Below are positions 34,385 to 47,600 of a stretch of DNA of 64,000 bases, piece by piece. The position numbers and the translations under genes are program-made. The notes beneath the pieces are model-generated. The model was not told the DNA's origin. It saw only the letters and a list, made by a program, of their open reading frames with translations, and did no database searches. Positions within the stretch are counted from its first letter, which is position 1, and every line of letters starts with the position of its first letter. This stretch comes from Takakia lepidozioides (lineage: Eukaryota > Plantae > Bryophyta): positions 80,414,001-80,478,000 of the forward strand of contig CM060731.1 of the NCBI GenBank assembly GCA_030704615.1, written 5' to 3'.

Positions 34385-35483
34385 ACACAAAATCAAAGCT
34401 ACATAACAATTCTCGCACCGAAATCCCTTCGATTGATTGAACATGTACATGCATATTGTACTTTATTTCTATGTTTGATCAAATATGGTTGTGGCTGGTA
34501 GTATTTCAAGAAAGAAGGCAGAGGCAATGAATATGTTGGAGCAACACATACAGATGTGGTATCAAGAGAATTATCAAAATGAATGTCACAATCTACAAGA
34601 AGGTCCACAACAACAAGCTAAACCATAAAGAAAAACAAACACCCTACCCCAGTACCATATGAAAAAAAAAAAAAAACTAAGAACCCCCAAAGGCCCTAAA
34701 CCTAAACCTAGAAAGCCCTGCCGTTGCTGCCTACGACCCCCACGCGTCGCCACCTGCGACGCGGTTTTTAGGATTTATGAGCCGGGGGTCGCAAATGGCG
34801 ACGGCAACCGTCATCAACTGCGATCTGTTTTTTTTAATGGATTTATGAGGCCTAGGGTCGCAAACTGTGACCTGTTTTTTTGTTTTGCAAGAATAGGGCA
34901 GTCGGGCAGTTTACGAGTGTCGGAAATGCCCAACCCAGTGGGAGGGCGAATAACACTACACCAAATGGGGGGGGGGGGGGGGTTTGCGACGCCAGCCACG
35001 CCCCCACGCCCCGCGCGGCGCCGAGTGTGCGACGCCAATCCCGCGGAGTGTGTTTGCGACGCCGAGCCGTCGCAGCCAAACCCCGCGGGTCGCCACCTGG
35101 CGCCAGGGCCAGGCGGCGACGCCTGGCCGTCGCACGGGCGGATGAAGGGAAAAAGACAGCCCTTTCGTGCGACGCAAAAGGCAGCCCTTTCTGGCGACGG
35201 CCGATCGTCGCACGCCGAAAAAAAAAAACCCTTTCTTGCCCTTTCTTTCAACGCAGGAGCTAACAAACTCCAATGGTCAATCAGAAACAATATGAAAAGG
35301 TGAAATTGGCTATGCTTTAAAAGAAAAACCATAACTTTACAATTCATGATTTGGCTAATCACATTGAATATCTTTAACCCTAAATGCCATATGTCCATGT
35401 CATAAAACTTTTGGTTTCATCTTATGAAAGCTTTCCAAGGCAACCGGCGTGCAAGCATTGTTGTGGGTATGCAAATGATACTA

Positions 35484-36349
35484 CCGTAGGTTCATAGCAG
35501 ATTAGGCACACATTAAATTTAAAAAAAAAACCCACGCAAATCTGTGATTTTTCAAGATTTATGTCTAAAAGGTTGGAAAAAAAAATGAAAGTACCTAATT
35601 CAATAAATTTGTCTAAAAAAAGTCCTACTGTATATAATTTGTATTGAAAACAAAAAACAAACGCCTCCATAAATGTTCAAAAAGTATAGGCCAACTCCCT
35701 AGGTCCATAAGTAAGTATGACGCCTCCCGAAGGGAGAGTAACTTATGGTGTCTCTTCATCACAAGGGCTACAGCTGAAAGGTGGACACCTTCATGACATA
35801 CCAGACCGTGGTTTGAACCCACAACCACATCCAGCGTGGTATGTGCCCATTACCACTAGGCTACATACTGGTTGTCCCTAGGTCCATACAACCTCCAAAT
35901 GACCTTCCAATGAGTCTCAAACATTCTGCATATGCTCATCATTGAAGTCTTCATCCCCATTCAAGTCAGGTACATGTGAGTCTTCAATGTGCAAAAAGGC
36001 AGCGACTCGTGCTCTCTACCACCTCACTCGTGCTCTCTACCACCTCAACATCAAGATAGAAATCTGGTACCTCTGAGCAACTAAGAGTCATTTTCACTTC
36101 CACTTGAGGAGATGTGGCTATAAACAAAGGCTATGTAAAATTGGCTCTCATAGCCTCACACTGAAACTGAATAAGGGTGACATAACAAAAAAGCAGGTAA
36201 CATTTATCTAGGCTTGACTGTAATACATGCCTAATGTTTGGAAAATACCTAGGTGAGGTGCCTAAATAATAAAAATGAATCTGCCTAATAATATTTCAAA
36301 TTTAATAATTATTAGGCACTCGGGTGCCTAATCTGCTATGAACCTACCG
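35484..36349. mobile_element. MITE / non-autonomous Tc1-mariner/pogo-type element, 26-bp TIRs
   Basis: CCGTAGGTTCATAGCAGATTAGGCAC ... GTGCCTAATCTGCTATGAACCTACCG; TA on the left flank, degenerate on the right. Confidence 0.8.
35710..35874 (-). mobile_element. tRNA-derived SINE (165 bp) with 14-bp TSD
   Basis: A box TAGCCTAGTGG, B box GGTTCAAACC, 3' stem-loop CTCCC-TTCG-GGAG, short (TTAC)n tail; TSD TCCCTAGGTCCATA at 35696-35709 and 35875-35888. Confidence 0.88.
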
Positions 36350-38636
36350 TTCGATGCAACCACTTGGTCATTGCAATGAAACCATTTTGGGGAAACGTTG
36401 CATGCCTTGATGATGGAAACATGCTTAGAGTTGTCTATCTATGGATGCAAGTTTGGCAGTGGATGAGATGTGGGCCAGCCCCCCTCTCCTCCATATGTTC
36501 TCAGAGGCCAGAGTTTTGATACTTCAACACACCAATCTGGTGGGTTTCCTGTTTCCAAAATCTTGGAGAGGCCCACTGCCAGTGTAAGCTCTAACTCTAT
36601 TGACTTTCAGCAAGTTGCTCCATGAATGTGAACGTTCAAGACTTTGCACCTAGAGCATGCATGCATCATACTCACGCTTCTCTTATTTTCGTCCACATCT
36701 TTCAGTGTTGTCTTCAGTGTTGTCAATCTGGTGTCTACGCCCCTACTTCCAGCCTTCACAATTGTTTATTTCTCACTGACAACTTGACAATTTGGGATTT
36801 GGAATGCGGTCGGGATTTGTTGGTTCTTCTTTATAGGCCTAGAAGGATGCCACATGAGCAACCAAATAAGTGGCAAGCAAACACTGACCACACTGTAGTC
36901 TTGGGAAAGGCCCTCAATTGGCCTTCAATTGTCTTCTGTGCAGTCTAAACTTCTTTGCCTCTTTGCTGGGTTCTCTTTTGCCCTCACCGTTTTGCAGCGT
37001 TTGGAAGGTATTATGGGTTTCAGTAGTCCAACATAGCCCTCACAGCCTGTGTGCTGGATTTCCTTACTACAACCATGAAAAAGGTATCTACTGACCAGAA
37101 CTTTGTGCCTTCATTACCACAGTTTATGGCCACCCTCCCACCCACTCGGTCTTGGCTATTGGCAAACGGTAGATAACCTCTATGGATGGTCTGAATGTAT
37201 GGACCTGTATCTCTTTGCTATATTCTTCGGTGTTCAATCTAATGCCTATACTCACAAAGATCTTTCTGTAGCTAGTTGCTACTGGGGTTTGTGGATAAAG
37301 CCCATTTTCAAGGCTGATGATGTCTTCAAGTAAAGGAAGCAATCTGGTTTAGACTTCTTTTCTGGTCTTGGCATGACTAGCCCTACCTCTCTCTCCTCCA
37401 GTTTATTGGTTTTGCTATCTCTCTCTCGCCGTGAAATCAAAAGCTGGCACCTCTTGAAAGAGCATGCAAAGCTTTACTTGAGGAGTGAAACAACTCAAAG
37501 TCGTCATAAACTGCCATATCACCGTGAAACAGAGTGCGTCAGGACGTCTCTCTGAGTCCTCAATGGACATGGTCTTGATGCTTGCTTAAAGTTGCTGTGC
37601 CGAACTCCTTATCGACAATTGTCTGCCACTCCTTCCTCTAAAACCTTCAAGCTTGTTAGCCAGGTATTTGTATTTGGAGGATGCAGCTTTAAGAAACATT
37701 GACAAGCAAATGGAAAACATACTGGGAGCAACCACACCAACAACTTGCAGGGCTGAGCTGAGGGAGTGAAGGAAAGTTATTACCTTCTTCAGAATTGTTG
37801 CCTATACTTCATCAGTGCCCCCCCATGATTTTTCCAAACGAGGCATTCAGTGTTTTCTTTTTTTTTCTCGTTGTCGCGCATGGCCCATCGACCAAAAGCC
37901 CTCATTGTGTATGCCCTTCTCGTATCTGCCCATCTCTTTTTCCACCGATTGACGATAGCTTTCATATAAACCGTTCCTGCCTTGACTGCTCCATGTTTCT
38001 CGTCCAATAACAGGAGTGGCCCGACCCATTCGAGCTGTTGGCCCTTCAAACTGTACTTCGCCACACTAGTTCATCCAGAAGATTGCAGAGGCCTGTCTTA
38101 CGAGTTCTCTGTGGCTTCCACTGCTGAGGATTTTCCCGTCTTCCCAACTCCCAATCGTATAGTCAGAATGACTCCCACCAATGCGAAGAGGCCCAGCCTC
38201 AGAGACAGAATAGGACAAACTTGAACCTTTTCATGAGACTCCATGTGACTCCGGCGTCCGAGGGCCTTCGCAGCCGCACTGTCTCTCTCCCCCTTGCCAG
38301 ATTTGATAAGTGGCCAAAGCAACCAAACCCTAACACCTCCAATCTATCCAAGCAGTAAAGTGTTGTATAGACACATGAAGAGGCTACACGCAACAAATAA
38401 ACCCTTCTCCCAGGTTCGAAGTAGCCCATGCATTCAAATTCCCCTGTGAGCTCGTTGGGTTCCTTGTGGACTCTGTACACTTAATTTCTTCTTGTCCCTG
38501 TGACTCTCTCTTCCCCCTCTGGACTTGATAAGTTTCTTTCTTCTTCTGATGTTTGTATGAAATTCGTTTCATTCCTCTTCTTTCTTTCTAAGCAGAAGCT
38601 TGTGTCGAAAGGTGAGAAGTTTAAGGGCGCGGCATT

Positions 38637-41600
38637 ATGGCTCGCATCGTGGCCCTCTCGACAAGCGCCATCGTCTTCAACTTAAGCTCTTCTCCAGTTT
38701 CCTTCTTCGAAATTCATCAGCAACAATCTCAGCACTCTTTCCGAAATGTGTTACCTTGTAAGTGTGAGCTTCCGAAGAAGTGAGGTATCAAAATTGTGAA
38801 GTAGGGTATAAACCAGTCACATACGTTGGATTTTGTCGCAGGCACAGAGAGAAGATTTGCACGAGCATGTAGGTGGCAGCAGAGACGCCGTGTTTTATGC
38901 CAGGCAGAGGAACAACCAAAGGCTTTGATTCAGATGGAGCCTGGACATATCGTCAGAGACGAGGTAATATTTCTTTGACAGATTGAACATCGACATCCAT
39001 TGACAGGAGAGATGGTCAAAGCCTCGATTGTACTTTCACGGCCTATTGTCTGCTGATCTAGAAAACATTCAAGCAAAATGCCATGTTCTGGAATATAGAG
39101 CTACGTAGTGCTGATAAAATAAATTCCATTGAATGGGATAAAACCTTGCATGAATCCTGTATGGAGTTGGGGTTGGTCAGGAATGGGAGAGGCAAAGAAG
39201 AGAAGAAAGTCGAGAATTAGAAAGGAGGCGACAGCAGGAGAAAAACGAAGAAGCAAAGAAGGAGGTTGAGTATCGCAAAATTGGACTGCAGCTGAAAGGG
39301 TACCCGCCAGAGGAGATTAGCAAAGTGAAACGCTCAGTGGCCAGCTGGATCAGGGCTGGTGAAGAGGTGGAAGAGGTAAATATCAGTTTGACTTGCATAT
39401 GCAAGTTTCCCATTTTCTGCTTGGTCTCTATGATGACACTCAGGAAAAGGCAGGTGTTGCTTCCATTGATTTTTGGTCTGTTTTTGGTTTAACATGTATT
39501 GAGATCCATGACAGAGACAGAAGGAAGGAAGAAGAGAGAGGGCAGAGAGGGGGGATGAGATTTAGTGATAAACTTCCAGAGAGAGACGTACTCATAAGAC
39601 GTCTAGTGTATGGCCATAGATCCCGCACCCAGTTTGGGCAGAACTAACGGACACTCCAATAGAGACAGAATGCCCATGTCGTTCCCTGCGAACGTTGGCT
39701 GGCCATAGCTTTATGGCCATTAACCCCGAGAGAGAGATACGGCTCGTCTTGTCTTGACAAGAAAGGATCTGTCTATATGAGACAAGATCAGATTATAGAC
39801 AACACCGTCAAAGGAAGGCATCATCATATTACTTCTTGATCCCGCTCTAAAATTTAAAATCTTTTCCATATAGGTGATTGGGGTGTGTGGTGGTGTGACC
39901 GAATGTGATCAGATACAGGTTTATCTCCTATCTTAGCATTGAGGTAGGGAGACTGTCGTTGTTTCTCCAAAACCATCTCTAGCAAGTCAAAGCAAACTTA
40001 CCATGCATAAGGTTTGCAAAAGACTTCATCATAGAGCTCATAACATGTACAACATAGGTTCTGGAGATGAGCTTATGATAAGATAGCACACCTCAGAGTG
40101 ATATGTAGTGTCTGTCACTAAATTACTATCTTAGCATTATTAGAAATTGTTACTTTTCCTGTATTCCTCTCGTAGTTAGTGCACCATAACACTGGTTGCT
40201 CACTACAAGTAAACAGCTTTCTCATATCTGCAAAACAACTCCATATTCCAGCTGTGTTTTTAGACAAAATATTGAAAAATTCATAGAAGAAGAGTGGCTC
40301 TCACCTGCGCCCGTCCCAAAACACCACAGGCATATGATGTGGGTTAGTGACAATGTGCGTGGTGAATGGCAGGCCCTCTTGCGTGCTATAGCTTGCCAAA
40401 GTGAACCAATAAGTATTATGTCAAATACCAAAGCAGAAAAACCTCTAGGTCAAGATCATATTAATGAATGCAAAAGTTAGTGGCATTTCCATCTAAAAAA
40501 CCATGCATTGAGAGAGAGAATTAGGACTTGTCTTGTCTTGACAAGAAAGGATCTGTCTTTTCCAGATTAGACCGCAAATTTATAGACAATGAATAGACAA
40601 GGCACCATCACATTTCCTCCTGATCTAGACTCAACATTGACTCCATATCTATAGAGGTGATCAGGGTGGGTGGTGGTGTAATTATATATGATCAAATACA
40701 GGTTTCCCACCATCTTAGATTTACCACAGAGATAGGCAGAACTGTTCATGGATTTTCATGAACTGTTATACTACTCCATGGTAGAGAGTATGAGATAGCT
40801 CTGTGTAAGGCAAATAGCTGCTATGTCAAGCATCACTGTATTGCATTTTGTTTTCAAACAACACCTCTACCAAGTCATTGCAAACTTACCACGCCTGTGG
40901 TTTGCAGGAAACTTGATCAAAGAGCTCAGATCTTGGACAGCTTAGGTTCTGAGCTCATGGTAAGACAACATAACTCATAGTGATATATAGTGACCATGCA
41001 CTATATCACTAACCTAGCAGATAGGAAAAATCTCAGAGCATAGGTTAGATCCCTGGAGAGGGTAACCCGCTGTTATTCTTTGCTGAAGTCCTCTCATATG
41101 TAGTGGCATCATAACATTTAGTTGCTGACTGCAAGTAAGCAACTTTCTCATATCTGCAAGACAACTCCAGATCCAGCTCTGTGATTTCGGACAAAAACCC
41201 AAAAATTCATAGAAGAAGAGAGGCCCTCACCTGCAACCGTCCCCAAAAACACCACAAGCATATGATGTGCATTAGTGAGGATGTGCAAAGTGAATGGCAG
41301 GCCCTTTTGCATGCTATAGCTTTCCAAAATGAACCAGTAAGTAAATGTCCAATATCAGAGCATAAACCCCACTTTTGTACAATCATGCAAGGGAGTCATA
41401 GGAGTAGATCACTAGCAACCACAACCTGAAGCGTTTGTGTAGGAAGGGCTGCGACATTACTGTTTCTGCCATACTTCCCTTGTTCATGTAATGCATATTA
41501 GCAGCTCATAGAACACTACCACTGATTCTACTTTTTAGAGTCAAGTGGCTGGAAGTAAGGAGTGTCATTCACTCGACTTAATCAAGAGTCAAGTGGCTGG

Positions 41601-44600
41601 TACTAACTTTGTTCTCATTTTCAGGTTTCCTAATTGTGACACAAGGCATTGGCTACCGTAGACCAGCCAGAAGAGCAATGTACATCGACCCGATCATGTA
41701 GAAGGTGTACACATGTACTCCAGTATGCTGCTGCCACAGGGCCTAGCACAAGATATCAGGGATTAGTTCGCCATCAAACGGCACAAAATCCTAGTTCCAC
41801 TTTGGCATAAAAAAGGATAATCCAAAAACAGACTATCAAATTTCTACTAAGAGAAATATGCTAAACAGATATGTGCTGCTTTCAAAGTATTAGAGTCTTG
41901 TCAGGGGCTGACGCCAGTCGTATGACTTACCTTGGAACGGGAGAATGTACTCATAAGACGTTGTTTACCGTAGCCTTGTGGCCATTGACCCCGTGCCCAG
42001 TTTGAGCGGAAAAGAGACATAAGACGTTGTTTGCCGTAGCCTTGTGGCCATTGACCCCACGCCCAGTTTGAGCGGGAACAAAAGGGACAGAACCTACCTC
42101 TGTCAGGGGCTGACGTTGGTAGTAAGACTTACCTTCATATATAGAATTAATCCGGGTTTTCCAGATATCCTCTAGAAATCCCTTCACACAAGCATCAATC
42201 TGCTGTGTGTGATTTGCCCATAAACTAGGCCTCAGGAGGGCCTGGGCTTTTGGCTCAGCCTCGAGACTTTCAAAGTTGGTAAACAGGGGTACAGCCACAA
42301 TTCTCTTGATAGAATTGAAGAGAGCGTCTCTTTGGTGAGATAACCCAGGACAGTGTATCAGAAAATGAATACTTGTCTTCAGATTGCCCACACAACGGGC
42401 AATTGCACTCTCCCTTTCCTATCTGCTTCTGTTTGCTGTTCAAAGGTAGGCTTCCTGCCCTGAGTTTAAATTTCAGTCTAGTGCCGAGAGTGGGTAGACC
42501 CTTGAGGTCATCCAAGATGTCCTCCCCCATGTCACTGACTGGAAACAAGTTCAGGGAAGTTTTCCGCCTAACTTCATTGTCATCAGACAATCTCATGGCA
42601 ACAGACATGGCTTTGGACACTACAGCCTCTAAGTCAGATTTATCCAGCAGGGTCAAGACTTGCGGATCCAGGTCCAGAAAACATTGAAGAGCAGAGGGGA
42701 GAGAGTACATCCTTGAGCTACACCTTGGTCTATGTCAAAGAAGTTGGACTTCTCTGTTAACAGTGACACAGCTTTTGGTGTGAGCATACAAGTTGGGGAC
42801 AACTCTCCACATCTTTCCCTTGATCCCACAAGACCAGAGGCGGAACCATAGGCCATCCCTCCACACTGTGTCATAAGCCTTTTTGACATCCAGGAAAAAA
42901 ACATAAGTGGGTTTCCCTTCTTTTTTCCTTCCCTGGATAATCTGGCTTAGAGTGAAGATATGATCCACACAGCCCCTGTTTCGCCGAAAGCCAGTTTGGC
43001 CTTCGTGGAAACAACCTCTAGACTCCAGATCAACCTCGAGACGAGTACTTATAACTCTGCAGAATGTCTTGCCAACAGCATTGAGGAGCGTGATGCCACG
43101 GTAGTTCCCCGGTTCTTCTCTGTCACCCTTCTTGTATAGATTGACAATGACCCCCTGTCGCCAGCGAAAGGGGATCATGTCAGTCTTCCAGATAAGGTTA
43201 AAGAGGAGAACTAGGGCCTCTATCATGGGATCGCCACCGTGCTTGATAAGCTCGTTGACAATACCATCAGGTCCACCAGCTTTATATCCATTTAAATGTT
43301 CAATTGCTTCCACAATCTCAGAAGAACTAATGGGAGCATTATAAGCCATTGAAATATACTCCAGTTCATCAGGGCTGTTTTGAATCATAGGAACAGTCTT
43401 TCCAACTGTGTCCCTCCATTCAGCAGAAGACCCCTCACTGTTAGACCTAGAAGTTCTGCCAAGGATACTGTAGTGAGTTTCAAAGGTTTTGACAATGTCA
43501 ACCGATGAAGTCACCACTGCACCTTAGTAGTCTTCAGCGCTTGTACTTGCTGACCGTTTTTCGGCTTGTACAAACGTTGAAGGGCCAACCAGAATTTCTT
43601 GTCATTACCACCATGGTGGTTTGAGTTCATTTCACTGTATAACTTGTCCCAGTATAATTTCTTCTGAGACCTAACAAGCTGATTGATATCTTTACGGAGC
43701 TGGTAGTACCTCGCCCACAATTCTCTGTTGGTTTCCAAATTGCAGCACTCTTTATAGAGGGCTCGTCTCTCAGCTATCTTGAGTTTAATCTCATTAGTCC
43801 ACCAATTAACTGCTCTACCGCAGACAATTAGTTTCCTCCCAATGATCTTGTCAGCCACGGAGGAAACGAAACTCTCCCAAGAGTCCACTGCTCTTTCGAC
43901 TTCATTTCTTGCGTTAACAGAGCGTGACTGAAGTTCTTGGAGTGATTGGACAAAATGAGGGAGAGCCTCTTGCAAGGCCTGGACGTACTCAGCCTTGACC
44001 TCCTCATTGTGGAATTTTTCTATGCGCCACTTCCGAATCGAACGTTTCACAGATCTCTTGGTGGTGGGAAAACACCTTTTGATCTCAGTCCAAACCAGGA
44101 AGTGGTCAGAGGTACCAATATCAGTTCTGTCGATCAACACATTGGCACACTGGGGGAACAAAATTTTGTCCATTATGATATAGTCCACAATGGAACGTTC
44201 CCCAGTTTGGGATTTCTCACGAGTCCACTGCACTTGGTCACCTCTTGTCCTGTTATTCAAGGTCAAAAGCTGAAGCTCTTCTAGACAGTTAATTAACCGT
44301 CTGCCATTAGAATTCAGTTCCTCACCAAAAGGTCCAATGATATCGTCCTGATGGATCCCTTTGCCCACCCGGGCATTGAAGTCCCCCAATAGTACCACCT
44401 GACCTTTGGCAAGGAAACAGTCCAGCTTTACATCTTCGAAGGCCTTGTCTGCGTCAGCACTAAGGGTCCCCTCTGTGGGCATGTAAACACAACCAACAAA
44501 GAGGTCCTTTGTACTCATGCCGCCCTTCAAATTCAGTTTTAGCCAGATACTATGCTCGTACCTCAAACCCTTGTTGATAATTTCACAATTGTCAAACAAG

Positions 44601-47600
44601 AAATCACGGACAAAGAATCCGACCCCTTTTTGACCGCGTTTGGCAGAGGCTGCCTTGAGAGTACACATCTTACCTGCCCATTTATAGCCAATGACATCTC
44701 CAACCAGTTTACCCGACGTTTCCCATGTTTCTTGCCCAGAACTTGTCCCACTTCAAGTTGTTTCCTTTGGTTGGTCAACCCTGAGAAGTTGAAAGTGGCC
44801 AGCTGCAAGCCAGCCCTTTGCGTGTGAATTGTTTGTCGTCTAGGTAGCTTGTGATTGCTCCTGGACGGCCAACCGTTCTGCAAAGGGGGGACAGTTACCC
44901 CATGTGTAGATTTTGCTCGTCTTGTGTAAACTTTGAGAATTGGTAAACCATTCAGGGTACCAAATCTTTCAGTTACACGACGCACAGGCTCCGCACACAT
45001 AGGGGCAGATTGTCCGTCAGACTGCTTGGGGACAATTACCCCGTGTATAGATTTTGCTCGTCTTGTGTAGACTTTGAGGATTGGTAAACCATTTAGAGTA
45101 CCAAATCCTTCAGTTACACGACGTTCAGGCTCTGCACACTTAGGGACAGATTGTCCATCTGACGGCTTGGGGACAATTACCCTGTGTATAGAATTTGTTC
45201 GTCTTGTGTAAACCTTGAGGATTGGTAAACCATTCAGAGTACCAAATCCTTCAGATTCAGGACGTTCAGGTTCCGTACACTTAGGGGCATCTTGTCCTTC
45301 TGGCTGTTTGGATTCAACCTCATCCAGAGCATCAAACCGATTAGAAACTCTCAAGTTGAAGTTGTTGCCCTTGGTTGTCTTCCTAGAGCGCCCCATTGAA
45401 TCACCAATGTCTAAGACCGCTCTCCAGCCAGTCAAGGGACGAACTTCTTTGAGATTGAATTGATGCGGGACTCTATTAGAAGCACTTTTGGTCATTGCAA
45501 CCTTCAACGTACCCCTGTTATCAAGTCTCGAGATGGTACCATTAGCCATGAAATCCAAGCCTAAGCTAGAGCATGTAGTTTTAAAGAACACATCGTCCAT
45601 CCTGGGATTCACCCCAAAAACTACACATGAAGCCCTAGATTTGGCATAAGTAACCAATTCCCAGGGATCACCCTGAGGAGTGTTGATGTTGATAGGAGCT
45701 AAATTTTTTATTGTTTTCGCAGGCCATAAGTTTAAGCACAGGAACCAACCCGAGCCCAAGTGCCGAGTATGCTAGACAGAGCATACGACTGCCCAATTTG
45801 AGCGGAGGGGCTGCCCCCAAGCGGTAGGAGTCCGCTTGTTACCATTCAGAGATCACACTCCAGGGAGTTGCAGGGAATGGCCCGTGTAGGCATATTCTAA
45901 AGAGGGAAAGGCCCCAAGCTTTCCAACTAAATCCAATGCACTACCTTACCTGAAGCAAAGCGCTTCAGGTCGAAACAAACAAGAACACGAGGTCACAAGG
46001 CCGGCATTTAGTCACAGAGACATTAATGTACTCCCGTTTCAAGTCCACCCAATGTCAATAGGCTTCCTAGAGGACAGGGAGACTAGAGAGAGATTGTACT
46101 CATAAGACGTTGTTTGCCGTAGCCTTGTGGCCATTGACCCCGCGCCCAGTTTGAGCGGGAACAAAAGGGACAGAACCTACCTCTGTCAGGGGCTGACGTT
46201 GGTAGTAAGACTTACCTTCATATATAGAATTAATCCGGGTTTTCCAGATATCCTCTAGAAATCCCTTCACACAAGCATCAATCTGCTGTGTGTGATTTGC
46301 CCAAAAACTAGGCCTCAGGAGGGCCTGGGCTTTTGGCTCAGCCTCGAGACTTTCAAAGTTGGTAAACAGGGGTACAGGCACAATTCCCTTGATAGATTTG
46401 AAGAGAGCGTCTCTTTGGTGAGAGAACCCCGGACAGTGTATCAGAAAATGAATACTGTCTTCAGATTGCCCACACAACGGGCAATTGCACTCTCCCTTTC
46501 CTCTCTGCTTCTGTTTGCTGTTCAAAGGTAGGCTTCCTGCCCTGAGTTTAAATTTCAGTCTAGTGCCGAGAGTGGGTAGACCCTTGAGGTCATCCAAGAT
46601 GTCCTCCCCATGTCACAGACTGGAAACAAGTTCAGGGAAGTTTTCTGCCTAACTTCATTTTCATCAGACAATCTCATGGCAACAGACATGGCTGAGGACA
46701 CTACAGCCTCTAAGTCAGATTTATCCAGCAGGGTCAAGACTTGCGGATCCAGGTCCAGGTCCTTGAGGATCTCTTCTACTCTCTTCTGCCAGGACTTAGC
46801 CTGTTTGACAGGGCGGTCCTGTTTCCAAGATATAGAGTCGATTAACTTAGGATATCTGGTGTTGGGCATATGTTGCAGCTGAAACCACCATCTGACCTTG
46901 AATTCATCTCGTCGGGAGCTTAAGGACAGAATGCCAAACTCACCCCGAACAGCCACATTGGCTGTTTTGGAGCATGCTGACATACACTCCTTAAGCACCC
47001 CCACTTGAATGGATTCTAGAGACTTAGCCTGGTTGGAGTTATCAACCCATATAGCAGATTCATACTCCAAGGCAGGTCTAATAACGCGACAAAGCATGGT
47101 TTTCTTAACCTCAGAGGTGACCCCTCTGCAGTGGAAAAATTTAGTGAGCCCCAGAGCTTTGCCCTTGCCAGTTTGAACAACTTTCCGGATATGTGCATCC
47201 CAATTACAATTGGAGGAGAACTCAACGCCCAGGTAAGTGTAGGAAGGGAGGACCGGGATCTCTTGGCTACCCCACTGCCACTTAAGATCACTTCCTCCCT
47301 CTCCTCTGTCGTTGAATGCTACCACTGCACATTTGCTGACATTAGCCTCTAGCCCCCAAAGATCAAAGTATCTCTTCGCGCAATCAATCAATTCCTGGAG
47401 ATTGGTTGGAGTCTCCCCTATGCCTGCGAAGTCATCCGCAAACATAAGGGCTGGTATGGTGGTATCACCCACCCTTAACCCAAATCCCTCACTTTCCACA
47501 TCCTCGAGGAGTTGATTGATGAAAACATTGAAGAGTAGAGGGGAGAGAGTACATCCTTGAGCTACACCTTGGTCTATGTCAAAGAAGTTGGACTTCTGTC

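Larger units (their letters stand above)
29232..35238 (+). mobile_element. CACTA (En/Spm) transposon with decayed termini and TnpD pseudogene
   Basis: Left CACTTAGGGAAAAAAAGGG; right CCCTTTCTTG lacking terminal TAGTG; GCGACG/CGTCGC arrays at 29260-29490 and 34730-35215; transposase inside. Confidence 0.88.

Noticed and set aside
35800-35872. Functional tRNA gene
   Set aside because: No proper anticodon arm; lies within a TSD-flanked unit with a tail, so called a SINE.
36400-38480. Possible divergent gene upstream of PAC; GVGKTGKS Walker-A-like string in ORF 38098-38322
   Set aside because: All frames are interrupted, no consistent exon chain or second NTPase motif; probably chance or a very decayed remnant.
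46028-46043. 13-bp inverted match to 41931-41943 as TIRs around LINE copy 1
   Set aside because: Short, imperfect and not expected for a LINE; treated as chance.
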